From Candidatus Nanohaloarchaea archaeon (GTDB lineage: Archaea; Nanohalarchaeota; Nanosalinia; Nanosalinales; Nanosalinaceae), in assembly GCA_014297435.1 (NCBI GenBank), contig JACOQA010000001.1, positions 160,001-224,000 on the forward strand: DNA of 64,000 nucleotides, read 5' to 3'. Shown here in pieces: positions 39,322 through 48,046 of the stretch. The notes beneath the pieces are model-generated. The model did no database searches, was not told where the DNA came from, and saw nothing but the letters and a program-made list of their open reading frames with translations. Position 1 is the stretch's first letter. Every line of letters starts with the position of its first letter. The position numbers were made by a program, and so were the translations under genes.

Positions 39322-40458
39322 TCAGAATGTAGTGTTATCTGGTTCTAGAATCCTCTCCGTCATATTGTCCACATTTTGGACTTTGTCATTCACGAGATCT
39401 TCGATGTTTTCTGCTGAGGTCTCCACCTCTACGGCTTTTGGGTCGTCGATGGGTTCTCCGATCTGTGAAAGGATTCTGACTTGGGCAAATTCTCCCCTCT
39501 CTTCGTAGATTTCCCTAGCTATCTCCTCCGCAAGAAAATTATAGATCTTTCCAACATGTGTGACAGGGTTTTTGCCTGAAGCTGCCTCCAAACTCATCGA
39601 TCTGTTCGGAGTTATCAAACCGTTTATTCTGTTGCCTCTACCAACGGAGCCATCGTCTCCCATCTCGGCTGAGGTCCCGGTTACTGTAATGTAGACCTCA
39701 CCATCTTCAGGACTGTCCGCAGTATTAACCCTTATATCAGGTTCCAGATCTGTTTCCGATCTGATGATATCCTCCGTCTCATCTTTGATTCTCTGTTTTA
39801 CATCGAGGTATTCTTCCATGGAACTAACTCTTCCCGATATAATGGCAGCGGCTACAGTAGTTTCCATTCTGCTATTTCTTCTCAAGCCCATCACTTTAAC
39901 ATCCTCTCCGACCTCATTGATCCTTGAGTGTAGCTCTGACTCGATTTTCTTGACAGCTCTCTCAGTTTGGGATAAAGGGTAGTGTCCTACGCCGAAACTG
40001 GTGTCGTTCGACCGGGGAACCTTATTCTCGAAAACAGCTTTCAAGTCGGTAGAGGTCTCTCCTATACGTGATTCTATCTCGACGTCTTTAGGTTTAAGTT
40101 TCTTGAAATTCTGTTTGATATAGTTTCTCGCTGCTTCTATGGCGATACGATCCACAGGTATCTCTTCGTCCTCGAACGCCTTGGTCGCTCTGCCTGCAAG
40201 AAGAATGTAGATAGGTTCTATTAGCTCGCCGCCTCCAAATTCGGGGTTGGAGTTTCCAGCAACTAACTGAACCTCATCAGTATTATGGTGAAGGATTTTT
40301 CCAAAACGCTTTCTGTACTCTTTTGATAGGGCTTTTGATATTGATTCGGCGATACCATCGGAGATCGAATCAGGATGTCCTATACCTTTTCGCTCCACAA
40401 GTTCAGTATCTCTCTTTTCAACAGGATCTGCTTCTATCTTGTTAATGTATGTATTCAT
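39322..40458 (-). CDS. mat: S-adenosylmethionine synthetase, archaeal type
   Basis: [53 protein letters not shown]. Confidence 0.97.
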   Translation of the reverse strand: MNTYINKIEADPVEKRDTELVERKGIGHPDSISDGIAESISKALSKEYRKRFGKILHHNTDEVQLVAGNSNPEFGGGELIEPIYILLAGRATKAFEDEEIPVDRIAIEAARNYIKQNFKKLKPKDVEIESRIGETSTDLKAVFENKVPRSNDTSFGVGHYPLSQTERAVKKIESELHSRINEVGEDVKVMGLRRNSRMETTVAAAIISGRVSSMEEYLDVKQRIKDETEDIIRSETDLEPDIRVNTADSPEDGEVYITVTGTSAEMGDDGSVGRGNRINGLITPNRSMSLEAASGKNPVTHVGKIYNFLAEEIAREIYEERGEFAQVRILSQIGEPIDDPKAVEVETSAENIEDLVNDKVQNVDNMTERILEPDNTTF

Positions 40459-40570
40459 AAAATAATACAATTTTTTCTTGGACTCTAGTAAGTCTTTGTC
40501 ATGGATAGTTCGATTTAATTGTGTATTGAACTTGCTAGGACAATTAATCTTGAGTAGAAGAGCGGCTGAG

Positions 40571-40642
40571 TGCGGCGACCGGGATTTGAACCCGGGTCAC
40601 CGGCTTGGAAGGCCGGGGTCTTAGCCACTGGACCATCGCCGC
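40571..40642 (-). tRNA. tRNA-Gly(TCC), no encoded CCA
   Basis: GCGGCGA acceptor, CCGGC-CT-TCC-AA-GCCGG anticodon arm, GGTTCAAATCC T loop. Confidence 0.96.
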
Positions 40643-40716
40643 CAACACTTAACCAGACTGTCTTAAGTCAATATTGTTCAGTTGACCTGTTAAATTCTTA
40701 AAAGGTGGCTTGCTGT

Positions 40717-40734
40717 GAAGCTTTGAAAAGCTTC
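40717..40734. promoter_or_regulatory. inverted repeat over the putative TATA box of the Myb-like gene
   Basis: GAAGCTTT-GA-AAAGCTTC, 19-36 nt upstream of ATG 40753. Confidence 0.4.
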
Positions 40735-40752
40735 GCTCAAGTATCTAAAAAC

Positions 40753-41187
40753 ATGAACGAAGACGAGTTGGAACAAAAACTTACTGAAAGAGTCAGGAAA
40801 GCAATCAACCGTGACCTCTCAGATGTTGGTAGTGGAGACGAAGAACTGGTTAGCCACGAACCTAGAGATGAACATGAGGAAAGATCCTTGAAACAGTCGA
40901 CCAAGAAGCGTCCGATGCAGTGGGATCCAAGAGAATCTGAATTCTTCTTCAACAACCGGGACTCGATGGGTAATGACGAGCTCAAAAAGTTCCTTGAAGG
41001 ATCTTCTGATTTCCAGGAAAGCCTTGAAGATCAGGAGGAATGGGATGAGTTCTCCAGAGATGAGGAAAGAAAGCTTGTGACTATGCAAGGCGGTATGCAG
41101 GCAGATCAGATAGCGGAAGAGCTTGGAAGAGATGAAGAAGAGGTAAAACTTAAGATGCGTATGATGGGAATGAGAGCAGGTTTCTAG
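40753..41187 (+). CDS. protein with two Myb/SANT-like HTH repeats
   Basis: WDPRESEFF..MGNDELKKFL and FSRDEERKL..ADQIAEELGRDEEEVKLKMRMMG. Confidence 0.6.
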   Translation: MNEDELEQKLTERVRKAINRDLSDVGSGDEELVSHEPRDEHEERSLKQSTKKRPMQWDPRESEFFFNNRDSMGNDELKKFLEGSSDFQESLEDQEEWDEFSRDEERKLVTMQGGMQADQIAEELGRDEEEVKLKMRMMGMRAGF

Positions 41188-41191
41188 AAAA

Positions 41192-41941
41192 ATGGATAAA
41201 GAGGACATAAGGAGGAAGGCACTAGAAGATACTAAAGAAGAGCTGCGTGAGGACGTTGATAGAGACCGTTTAATGGTTAAAGCGGTAAAGTTTCTAGATC
41301 AGACGACATGCGACTTTACAGATGAGATGGACCGTTTCAGGGACTGGTACGCACTCCATTTCCCGGAACTCGAAAAAGAGATACAGGACGACGAACAGCT
41401 CGTAAATATTCTTTCAAGAGGAATAGAGAGAGATAACTTGGAGGCTTTCTCGGAGATGGCTGAAAGCTCTACCGGAACCGAACTTACCGAGGAAGATCTT
41501 GAAATGCTTGAAAAAGCGTTCGAAACAGTCAAGAAAAAAGAAGATATCAGGGAAGACCTGGAAGACTACGTAGAGAGGATAGCTGAGGAAGAGATGGAGA
41601 ACATGGAGGCGCTTCTAGGTCCGCTTTTAACCGCTAGACTTGTTGCATTGGCAGGAAGCCTTGAAGAGATTGCAAAGAAGCCTTCTTCGACTGTTCAGAT
41701 GCTGGGAGCCGAGAAAGCTCTTTTCCGACATCTAAAAGGTCAAGGCTCAGCTCCTAAACACGGCATCCTTTTCGAACATCGTTACGTCAACAATCTTTCC
41801 GAGGATCAAAGAGGTAAGATGGCGCGGTTCCTCGCGAACAAAACAGTTATGGCAGCAAGGCTTGACCAGTACGGTGACAAGTTCAAGGGCGATGAATTAA
41901 GGGGAGAGTGTGAAGAAAAGTTCCAGGAACTGAAGGATTAG
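41192..41941 (+). CDS. nop5: C/D box sRNP protein Nop5 (N-terminally short)
   Basis: RDWYALHFPEL, PSSTVQMLGAEKALF, PKHGILF, RGKMARFLANK. Confidence 0.95.
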   Translation: MDKEDIRRKALEDTKEELREDVDRDRLMVKAVKFLDQTTCDFTDEMDRFRDWYALHFPELEKEIQDDEQLVNILSRGIERDNLEAFSEMAESSTGTELTEEDLEMLEKAFETVKKKEDIREDLEDYVERIAEEEMENMEALLGPLLTARLVALAGSLEEIAKKPSSTVQMLGAEKALFRHLKGQGSAPKHGILFEHRYVNNLSEDQRGKMARFLANKTVMAARLDQYGDKFKGDELRGECEEKFQELKD

Positions 41942-42186
41942 TCCTCAAGCTGTTCGTTTACCCATTTCAAACCTTCTGCGCCCGCTTTAAAGCTTGCTAC
42001 AGTTAAAAGCCCGGCGCCTATAGCCAATCCAGCTGTATCTGGAGGTGTTGAAGCAAATTCTGAGGAGTAGTTTCCCAGAAACTCAACTACATCTTCCTCG
42101 TAAAGTGCTGTATATCCAGAAACCGAGGTAAAGGAAAGACCGTAGCCAATAGCCTTCCGAGCCTTATCTGAGTTGTATTCTTCCAT
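41938..42186 (-). CDS. small membrane hypothetical protein
   Basis: 82 aa, two hydrophobic segments, antisense between nop5 and fibrillarin. Confidence 0.55.
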   Translation of the reverse strand: MEEYNSDKARKAIGYGLSFTSVSGYTALYEEDVVEFLGNYSSEFASTPPDTAGLAIGAGLLTVASFKAGAEGLKWVNEQLED

Positions 42187-42242
42187 ACAATTTCGGAGTT
42201 GTTTCGAAACGATAAAACTGTTCGGTTACCGAAACGTATTCT

Positions 42243-42887
42243 ATGAAGGAAGTACAACCCGGCATCTACAGAAAGGATGGAAAGCTCTATACCAAAGCTG
42301 CTTCAGACAAAAAAGTCTACGGCGAACAGCATATTGAATTTGAAGGAGAAACTTTCAGGGAATGGGTTCCCGGAAGATCTAAAGCCGGGGCAGCAGTTAT
42401 GAAAGAAGTCGAACTCGGATTGGAAAAAGATTCAGAGGTTCTTTACTTGGGAGCAGCTTCAGGAACAACTGTATCGCATTTTTCTGACATACTCGAAAAA
42501 GGTTTTGTCGTAGGCGTTGAATATTCTGACACGGTTATACGTCAACTGGTTGAACTTGCGGAACATCGAGAAAACATAGCACCGGTACTTGGAGATGCAA
42601 GAAAGCCTGAAGAGTATGAAGACATGGTTGGAGCTGTCGATGTAGTTTTTCAGGATATATCGCAGAGAGATCAGCCTGAAATCTTTCTCAAGAACTGCAG
42701 GAAATTTTTGAAGAATGGAGGAACGGCTTTACTTGCAGTAAAAGCACGTTCGATGTCATCTTCAAAGACTAAAGGCGAGATATTTGAGGAAGTTAAGGAT
42801 AAAGTTAGAGAAGAGCTTGATATAGTTGAAGAGACTGAGCTTGATCCTTATGAGAAAGAGCATCTCTTTCTTAAGATGAAAAAGTAG
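42243..42887 (+). CDS. flpA: fibrillarin rRNA/tRNA 2'-O-methyltransferase
   Basis: KVYGE, REWVPGRSK, VLYLGAASGTTVSHFSD, DARKP, LDPYEKEH. Confidence 0.97.
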   Translation: MKEVQPGIYRKDGKLYTKAASDKKVYGEQHIEFEGETFREWVPGRSKAGAAVMKEVELGLEKDSEVLYLGAASGTTVSHFSDILEKGFVVGVEYSDTVIRQLVELAEHRENIAPVLGDARKPEEYEDMVGAVDVVFQDISQRDQPEIFLKNCRKFLKNGGTALLAVKARSMSSSKTKGEIFEEVKDKVREELDIVEETELDPYEKEHLFLKMKK

Positions 42888-42908
42888 AATGTGGAGGAGA
42901 AGGTCTTG

Positions 42909-43130
42909 CTAGGCTTTTCCCAGCAGACCTCCTAGATCCTTTGAAACCTTGTTTTCTTTGAAGCCTCTGGAGTCGAAGTACTGAGGTTTTTTGCAGCATT
43001 CGGCGTTTGACTCCAGTCGGTTTATTGTTCCCAGCACGGCGTGTTTGCCGGGTAAAACGTTTTTCTCCTCCCTCTCCCCACAATTGTGACACACAAGTTC
43101 GATCATTTTTCTCTCGACCCTCGCAACCAT
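42909..43130 (-). CDS. small Zn-finger-like protein
   Basis: CHNCG ... CCKKP. Confidence 0.6.
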   Translation of the reverse strand: MVARVERKMIELVCHNCGEREEKNVLPGKHAVLGTINRLESNAECCKKPQYFDSRGFKENKVSKDLGGLLGKA

Positions 43131-43222
43131 TAATACTCGAGACTCGCTTTATAAAGGAGCGAGGATTGTTCCGGAAGTTCCGGTAGAAAAAGTCTTTACA
43201 TCGACCAAACAAAAGTAAGGTT

Positions 43223-43390
43223 ATGGAGAAGAAGTGGGAATGTGATGACTGCGGAAGACAACTCGAATCCGAACTCGAACCTCAGAACTGTCCGTGTGGC
43301 TCTGAAGAGATCCGGGCGCAGGAACAGTTATCTATGCTTGAACAGATGATGAAGGACTTCCTTAAAGATAATAGTCCGGGCAGAAGCTAG
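43223..43390 (+). CDS. small Zn-ribbon/rubredoxin-like protein (not in ORF track)
   Basis: hand translation MEKKWECDDCGRQLESELEPQNCPCGSEEIRAQEQLSMLEQMMKDFLKDNSPGRS. Confidence 0.7.
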   Translation: MEKKWECDDCGRQLESELEPQNCPCGSEEIRAQEQLSMLEQMMKDFLKDNSPGRS

Positions 43391-43440
43391 AGACAGAAAG
43401 ATTAATCAATATACTTGAGTGTACACTTTTTGGGGCAACT

Positions 43441-44001
43441 TTGGGAGTCAGACAACTAGATACCGGAACCTCTGAACCTTACAAAAACCTGGTAAAACAG
43501 GACTACGACACCGATTTCTTAGTACGCCGCTCTGACTACGAGGGCGACATACATGACTCGCTTATCGAGGCTATGGAGTACATCAGTGAGGATGAGCTAG
43601 AGGAAATATTCGGAATAAGAAACTTCAACCGGCTTCTAGGCGAAGGATACGAGATGGAAGGAAGTCTGGAAGTAGAGGACTGGGCTATAACCGGTTCATG
43701 CCAGGGCGGAGAAATAGCGGTCGGTCAGACAGTATCCTGTGATGGAAAAGAGGTAATTCCTGGTACAAAAATACCTCGAGACTTCCACCAAGCCATCAAA
43801 TTCGGCGAACGTGTAGAAGAAGAACTGGGAATGAATGTTACAGGTTTCTACGTGGTAAGGACATGCTATGAGCCAGAAGAGGTAAGAAGACACAGAGAAA
43901 GAATCGATGAGAACATAGATTTCTTCGGTTTCGAAAGCATAGACGTCGAAATATATGAACTCGAATCAGAAGAGAAAGAAGGAATTTGGAGACAGGTCTA
44001 A
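43441..44001 (+). CDS. acidic hypothetical protein
   Basis: 186 aa ORF, TTG start. Confidence 0.6.
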   Translation: MGVRQLDTGTSEPYKNLVKQDYDTDFLVRRSDYEGDIHDSLIEAMEYISEDELEEIFGIRNFNRLLGEGYEMEGSLEVEDWAITGSCQGGEIAVGQTVSCDGKEVIPGTKIPRDFHQAIKFGERVEEELGMNVTGFYVVRTCYEPEEVRRHRERIDENIDFFGFESIDVEIYELESEEKEGIWRQV

Positions 44002-44747
44002 GCCTCCTCTCTAACCCAGTCGTAGCCCTCATTCTCAAGCTTCTCAGCCAGTTCAGCGCCACCAGACTTCACAATGTTCCCATCAACCATGATATGGACA
44101 TGGTCGGGTTCAACGTAGTCAAGAATGCGCTGGTAGTGCGTGATCATCAACATTCCGCGATCTTCCTCAGCAAGCTTATTGATGCCGTTCGCAACCACCT
44201 TCAAAGCATCGATATCAAGTCCTGAGTCGATCTCGTCGAGAACAGCGTACTTAGGCTGAAGAACTGCCATTTGAAGGATCTCGTTCCTCTTCTTCTCGCC
44301 CCCTGAAAAACCGTCATTAAGATATCTCCTTGCGTACTCCTCATCCATATCCAGCATTTCAAGCGCGTCTTCCATCCTTTCACGGAACTCAGACTGCTTG
44401 ATAGGATCTTTTCCGTCTTCCTCACGTTGTGCGTTTATAGCTTCCTTTAAGAACTCGGCGACCGAAATACCTGAGATCTCTGAAGGGTACTGGAAACCAA
44501 GGAAAAGTCCTTCCCTCGCTCTCTCATCCGTTTCCTCATATGTTACATCCTCGCCATCTACGATTATATTGCCAGAGTCGATGCTGTAAACAGGGTTACC
44601 CATCAAAGATTTACATAGAGTGGACTTACCGGAACCGTTAGGTCCCATTATTGCGTGTACTTCTCCGGGTTTAACCTCCAAAGAGACTCCTCTCAAGATT
44701 TTTTCGTCTTCAACCGAGACCTCTAGGTCTTTGACTTCTAGTGTCAT
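43998..44747 (-). CDS. sufC: Fe-S assembly ATPase SufC
   Basis: GPNGSGKST, FLGFQYPSEI, GFSGGEKKRNEILQ, LDEIDSGLDIDAL, ITHYQRIL. Confidence 0.97.
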   Translation of the reverse strand: MTLEVKDLEVSVEDEKILRGVSLEVKPGEVHAIMGPNGSGKSTLCKSLMGNPVYSIDSGNIIVDGEDVTYEETDERAREGLFLGFQYPSEISGISVAEFLKEAINAQREEDGKDPIKQSEFRERMEDALEMLDMDEEYARRYLNDGFSGGEKKRNEILQMAVLQPKYAVLDEIDSGLDIDALKVVANGINKLAEEDRGMLMITHYQRILDYVEPDHVHIMVDGNIVKSGGAELAEKLENEGYDWVREEA

Positions 44748-44785
44748 AATTTATAGCACACTCCAACTTTCTTAACTCCCACTCT

Positions 44786-45136
44786 CTAAGGTTTCAAAGC
44801 TTTCTTTACGGTCTCAAGACCCAGCAAAGCACACTTCATTCTCATAGGTGAAACATCCATGCCTAGTTGGTCCAGCATCCAGTCTTCATCTAGATCCTCA
44901 ACTTCCCCGGTTGTTAGACCTGTAAGTTCCTCAGAAACTATTGAAATAGCTGCTGTGGATATCGCGCAGCCATCAGTCTCGTGTTTAATCTGTTTGATCT
45001 TGTTGTCCTCTATTTCAACGTAAATGTGTGTTTTATCCCCGCATGAAGGATTTTCAGCCTGTGCATCTTTTCCTCTTTCAAGGCTTCCCTCGTTCAAAGG
45101 ATGTTTGTAAAGATCAAGGATTTGGTCGCGGTACAT
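44786..45136 (-). CDS. sufU: SufU/IscU-like scaffold or sulfur-transfer protein
   Basis: YRDQILD, NPSCGD, GCAIS, PMRMKCA. Confidence 0.9.
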   Translation of the reverse strand: MYRDQILDLYKHPLNEGSLERGKDAQAENPSCGDKTHIYVEIEDNKIKQIKHETDGCAISTAAISIVSEELTGLTTGEVEDLDEDWMLDQLGMDVSPMRMKCALLGLETVKKALKP

Positions 45137-45172
45137 AAATACAAATTTAGCAGGTCAATTCTTATCTAGGTC

Positions 45173-45539
45173 ATGGAAGAGGAACACCGTCGAAGCCTTA
45201 GATGAAATTGAAGAACAGATGGATGAACCCCTCAACTATCTAACCGGTCAAGGACTTGAGGTGATAGAGTATACTGTATCAAGTGATCCTTAAAGAGGAC
45301 GTGGAGAGAACTGTGAGAAAGCGTTTGAAAATATGGATTTTTCAGTCGTAGGCTTTGTTCGTTTTGAATCGTAAGATTATCCCGAAATTGGCATAGAACT
45401 TTTGTATGAGCCGTCCGAAGATTTGGGTTACTTTGCTGTAGCTAATATTGAGGACGAAGAGAGGCTTAAAACTGCTGAAAAATATTTCGAGGACTTAGCG
45501 GGATTGTTAGACTACAACATTGAGGTCGAGTTCAGCTAA
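45173..45539 (+). pseudogene. disrupted acidic hypothetical gene (one frameshift, two in-frame TAA)
   Basis: one frame reads ..EALDEIEEQMDEPLNYL..SSDP*RGRGE..FVRFES*DYPEIGIELLYE..IEVEFS*; TAA at 45291 and 45372; ATG 45173 is out of frame. Confidence 0.65.
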
Positions 45540-46713
45540 AGGTTCTTTTTACTTCCTTTACCGCTTCTACCAGTTTTTCTACATCTTTCTCCGTGTTGTA
45601 TAAGTAAGGGGATGCTCTTGTAGTTCCTGATATGTCAAGTGATTCCATAAGTGGTTGTGTGCAGTGATGCCCGGCTCTAACCGCCACGCTGTTCTGATTG
45701 AGTATCTCGGCCACATCGTGAGGATGTGCAAAATCTGTTGTGAAAGAAACCACATAGGTATCTTCTTCAGGTGCGAGCACTTTCACGCCCTCAATGCCGC
45801 TTAAACCTTCTTTCATCTTCCTGCAGAGCTTCCTATCATGCTTTTCTATTTTTTTCATTCCTACGTTTTCCAGGTGTTCGATCGCTGCTGAAAGACCTAC
45901 AGCTCCTGCCACATTAGGTGTGCCAGCTTCAAACTTTTCCGGAACCTCCTCATATTTGACCTCATCTTTTTTCACGGATCTTATCATTCCGCCACCGACT
46001 TTGTACGGTTCCATGCTTTCAAGTAAATCCTTTTTTCCATAGAGTACGCCTATACCTGTCGGTCCCAGCATCTTGTGTCCTGAGAAAACAAGGAAGTCGG
46101 CATCCAACTCCTTAACATCAGTCTTCATTCTAGGAACGGATTGTGCTCCATCGACCATGACAAGCGCGTCGTTTCTATGCGCCAGCTCAACTATTTCTTC
46201 TAATGGGTGCTCTGAACCGGTCACGTTTGAGACATGTGAGATTGTGACGAGAGCGGTTTCTTCGTCGATTATTTCTTCTGCAGCATCCATGTCAAACTCT
46301 CCATTTTCGGTCGGTATGTATTCGAGTTCTAGATTTTCTTCTTCTGCCTTTCTCCTCCAAGGTAGTTGTTCGGAGTGATGAGCTATCTCGGAAACAACTA
46401 TATTTCCTTCAAGCTCAAGAGAGTGTGCAAGAAGGTTGACTGCTTCTGTAGTGTTGTTGACAAAAACGATTTCGTCAGTCCTTGCGTTTATGAAGTCTGC
46501 TACTTTCTTTCTTGATTCTCTGAATTTCTTATTTGCGTCTCCGGCCAGTTCATAAAGTCCACGTCCCACGTTCGCATTATTTTTGCTGTAAAAGCTCTGA
46601 AGCGCATTAATTACCTGTTCCGGTTTCTGGGAAGTGGCGGCCGAATCTAGGTAAACTAGTTCTTCTCTTTCTTGGAAAATTGGAAAGTCTTCCCTCAGTT
46701 TTTCTGGATTCAT
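45532..46713 (-). CDS. sufS: cysteine desulfurase SufS (group II)
   Basis: VYLDSAATSQKP, FSGHKMLGPTGIG, FEAGTP, VRAGHHC. Confidence 0.96.
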   Translation of the reverse strand: MNPEKLREDFPIFQEREELVYLDSAATSQKPEQVINALQSFYSKNNANVGRGLYELAGDANKKFRESRKKVADFINARTDEIVFVNNTTEAVNLLAHSLELEGNIVVSEIAHHSEQLPWRRKAEEENLELEYIPTENGEFDMDAAEEIIDEETALVTISHVSNVTGSEHPLEEIVELAHRNDALVMVDGAQSVPRMKTDVKELDADFLVFSGHKMLGPTGIGVLYGKKDLLESMEPYKVGGGMIRSVKKDEVKYEEVPEKFEAGTPNVAGAVGLSAAIEHLENVGMKKIEKHDRKLCRKMKEGLSGIEGVKVLAPEEDTYVVSFTTDFAHPHDVAEILNQNSVAVRAGHHCTQPLMESLDISGTTRASPYLYNTEKDVEKLVEAVKEVKRTFS

Positions 46714-46749
46714 GGAAATTATCTCCGGGTCGAACTTTTTAACAGCAAT

Positions 46750-46926
46750 TCAGTTCCTGATCCATGAGAGAATACCTGAACCAACTGAAACAAACAGGAA
46801 TACTGAGATGAATGCGCCCAGGTTTTTCGGGTTGACCCAACCCGAGGTATAGATGTCCATAAACACGTAGGCCAGAGAACCGCATGTAATTGAGATAGCT
46901 AGGAATTTCCAGTCCTTTTTCTTCAT
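46750..46926 (-). CDS. small 2-TM membrane protein (not in ORF track)
   Basis: hand translation MKKKDWKFLAISITCGSLAYVFMDIYTSGWVNPKNLGAFISVFLFVSVGSGILSWIRN; TTTAAA about 27 nt upstream. Confidence 0.6.
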   Translation of the reverse strand: MKKKDWKFLAISITCGSLAYVFMDIYTSGWVNPKNLGAFISVFLFVSVGSGILSWIRN

Positions 46927-46969
46927 CAGGTTGAGAAACTGATACTTCCAGTTTTAAACCTTATGTTTC

Positions 46970-48046
46970 CTACTTAAGCTTCCTTTCGACCTCATCCCTG
47001 ATCCTTTCTTTCAGGTCAGGAAGCTCTACCTCTTTGAGTACCGGTTCAAAGAAACCCTTGACAATCAGTCTCTGGGCTTTCTCCTCTGAAAGCCCTCGGG
47101 ACTCAAGGTAGTGAAGCTCTTTCTCAGGCAGGTTTCCGGCAGAAGCAGCGTGACTTGCCTCTACGTCCGGATCCTCGATCATCAGTTTTGGGGAAGCATC
47201 AACTTCAGCATCGTTAGAAAGTGTCAAAACGTTTTCGTTTTGGAAGCTCTGTGTGTCGTCTGCTTCATCCTCAACTTTCTGAAGTCCTTCGTATACGGAC
47301 CTTGCCTCGTCGTCCACAACCGCACGTGAATCCATGTCGCACCTCGTGTTAGTTCCTATGTGCCTGACATGAAGCGAGATGTCGACGTGCTGGTCTTCTG
47401 TAGGGTACCATATGCCCTGCATATCGGCTTCGGAGTTGTCTCCTTTCAACACTGTCTCGACCTTAGTCCTGTTCAAATCACCTTCGAACTGCGAGTTCAA
47501 CCATTCTATCTTCGCGTCCCTATCAAGAACTGCTTTTCTACGAGAATAGGAAAGTTCTGACTCGGATGCCTCAACAGAACCATATCTCAAAGTTGAGTTC
47601 TCGCCCAGGTAGAACTCGTTGAAAGAAGTTTGTATCTCATTAGTTCCGGTAAGGCTTTCAGTTACTGTTAGTTCAGCATTTCTGGAGGTCTCGACGACCA
47701 GATGTGAGAAAACATTCGAGGTGGTATCATAATCGAGTTGAACTTCTGCTTCGCCTTCAGCTTCTATGTAGATAATCGAGTTCAGGTTTGCTGCGTGGAA
47801 CGCATTCATCCTGTCCTCATCGACCTTTATTGAATCGAAAAGTTTGTCACCTGCAGCCTCAATAGCTTCCTCGCCCGTAAATACTTCTGCTTCGCCTTCA
47901 ACGTCCATCTCAGGTTGGAAATCTTTCTCTTTGATATTGAATTCTTCTACGTCGGGGTATCGTGTCCATGTTCTTCCCGGCGTCCTTATGCTTGAAGGCA
48001 TTTCGAGTTCTTCAAACTTTTCTTCTGCTTTCTGTTTAAAATTCAT
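46970..48046 (-). CDS. sufD: Fe-S assembly protein SufD
   Basis: SPKLMIEDPDVEASHAASAG, YLESRGL; coupled to sufB. Confidence 0.93.
   Translation of the reverse strand: MNFKQKAEEKFEELEMPSSIRTPGRTWTRYPDVEEFNIKEKDFQPEMDVEGEAEVFTGEEAIEAAGDKLFDSIKVDEDRMNAFHAANLNSIIYIEAEGEAEVQLDYDTTSNVFSHLVVETSRNAELTVTESLTGTNEIQTSFNEFYLGENSTLRYGSVEASESELSYSRRKAVLDRDAKIEWLNSQFEGDLNRTKVETVLKGDNSEADMQGIWYPTEDQHVDISLHVRHIGTNTRCDMDSRAVVDDEARSVYEGLQKVEDEADDTQSFQNENVLTLSNDAEVDASPKLMIEDPDVEASHAASAGNLPEKELHYLESRGLSEEKAQRLIVKGFFEPVLKEVELPDLKERIRDEVERKLK

Noticed and set aside
40471-40570. Possible SAM riboswitch upstream of mat (TTAATTGT/ACAATTAA inverted repeat at 40515-40547)
   Set aside because: No SAM riboswitch consensus; an AT-rich 8-bp repeat can be chance
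45291-45374. In-frame stops as recoding or an alternative genetic code
   Set aside because: Both are TAA, which ends normal genes here, and a frameshift co-occurs
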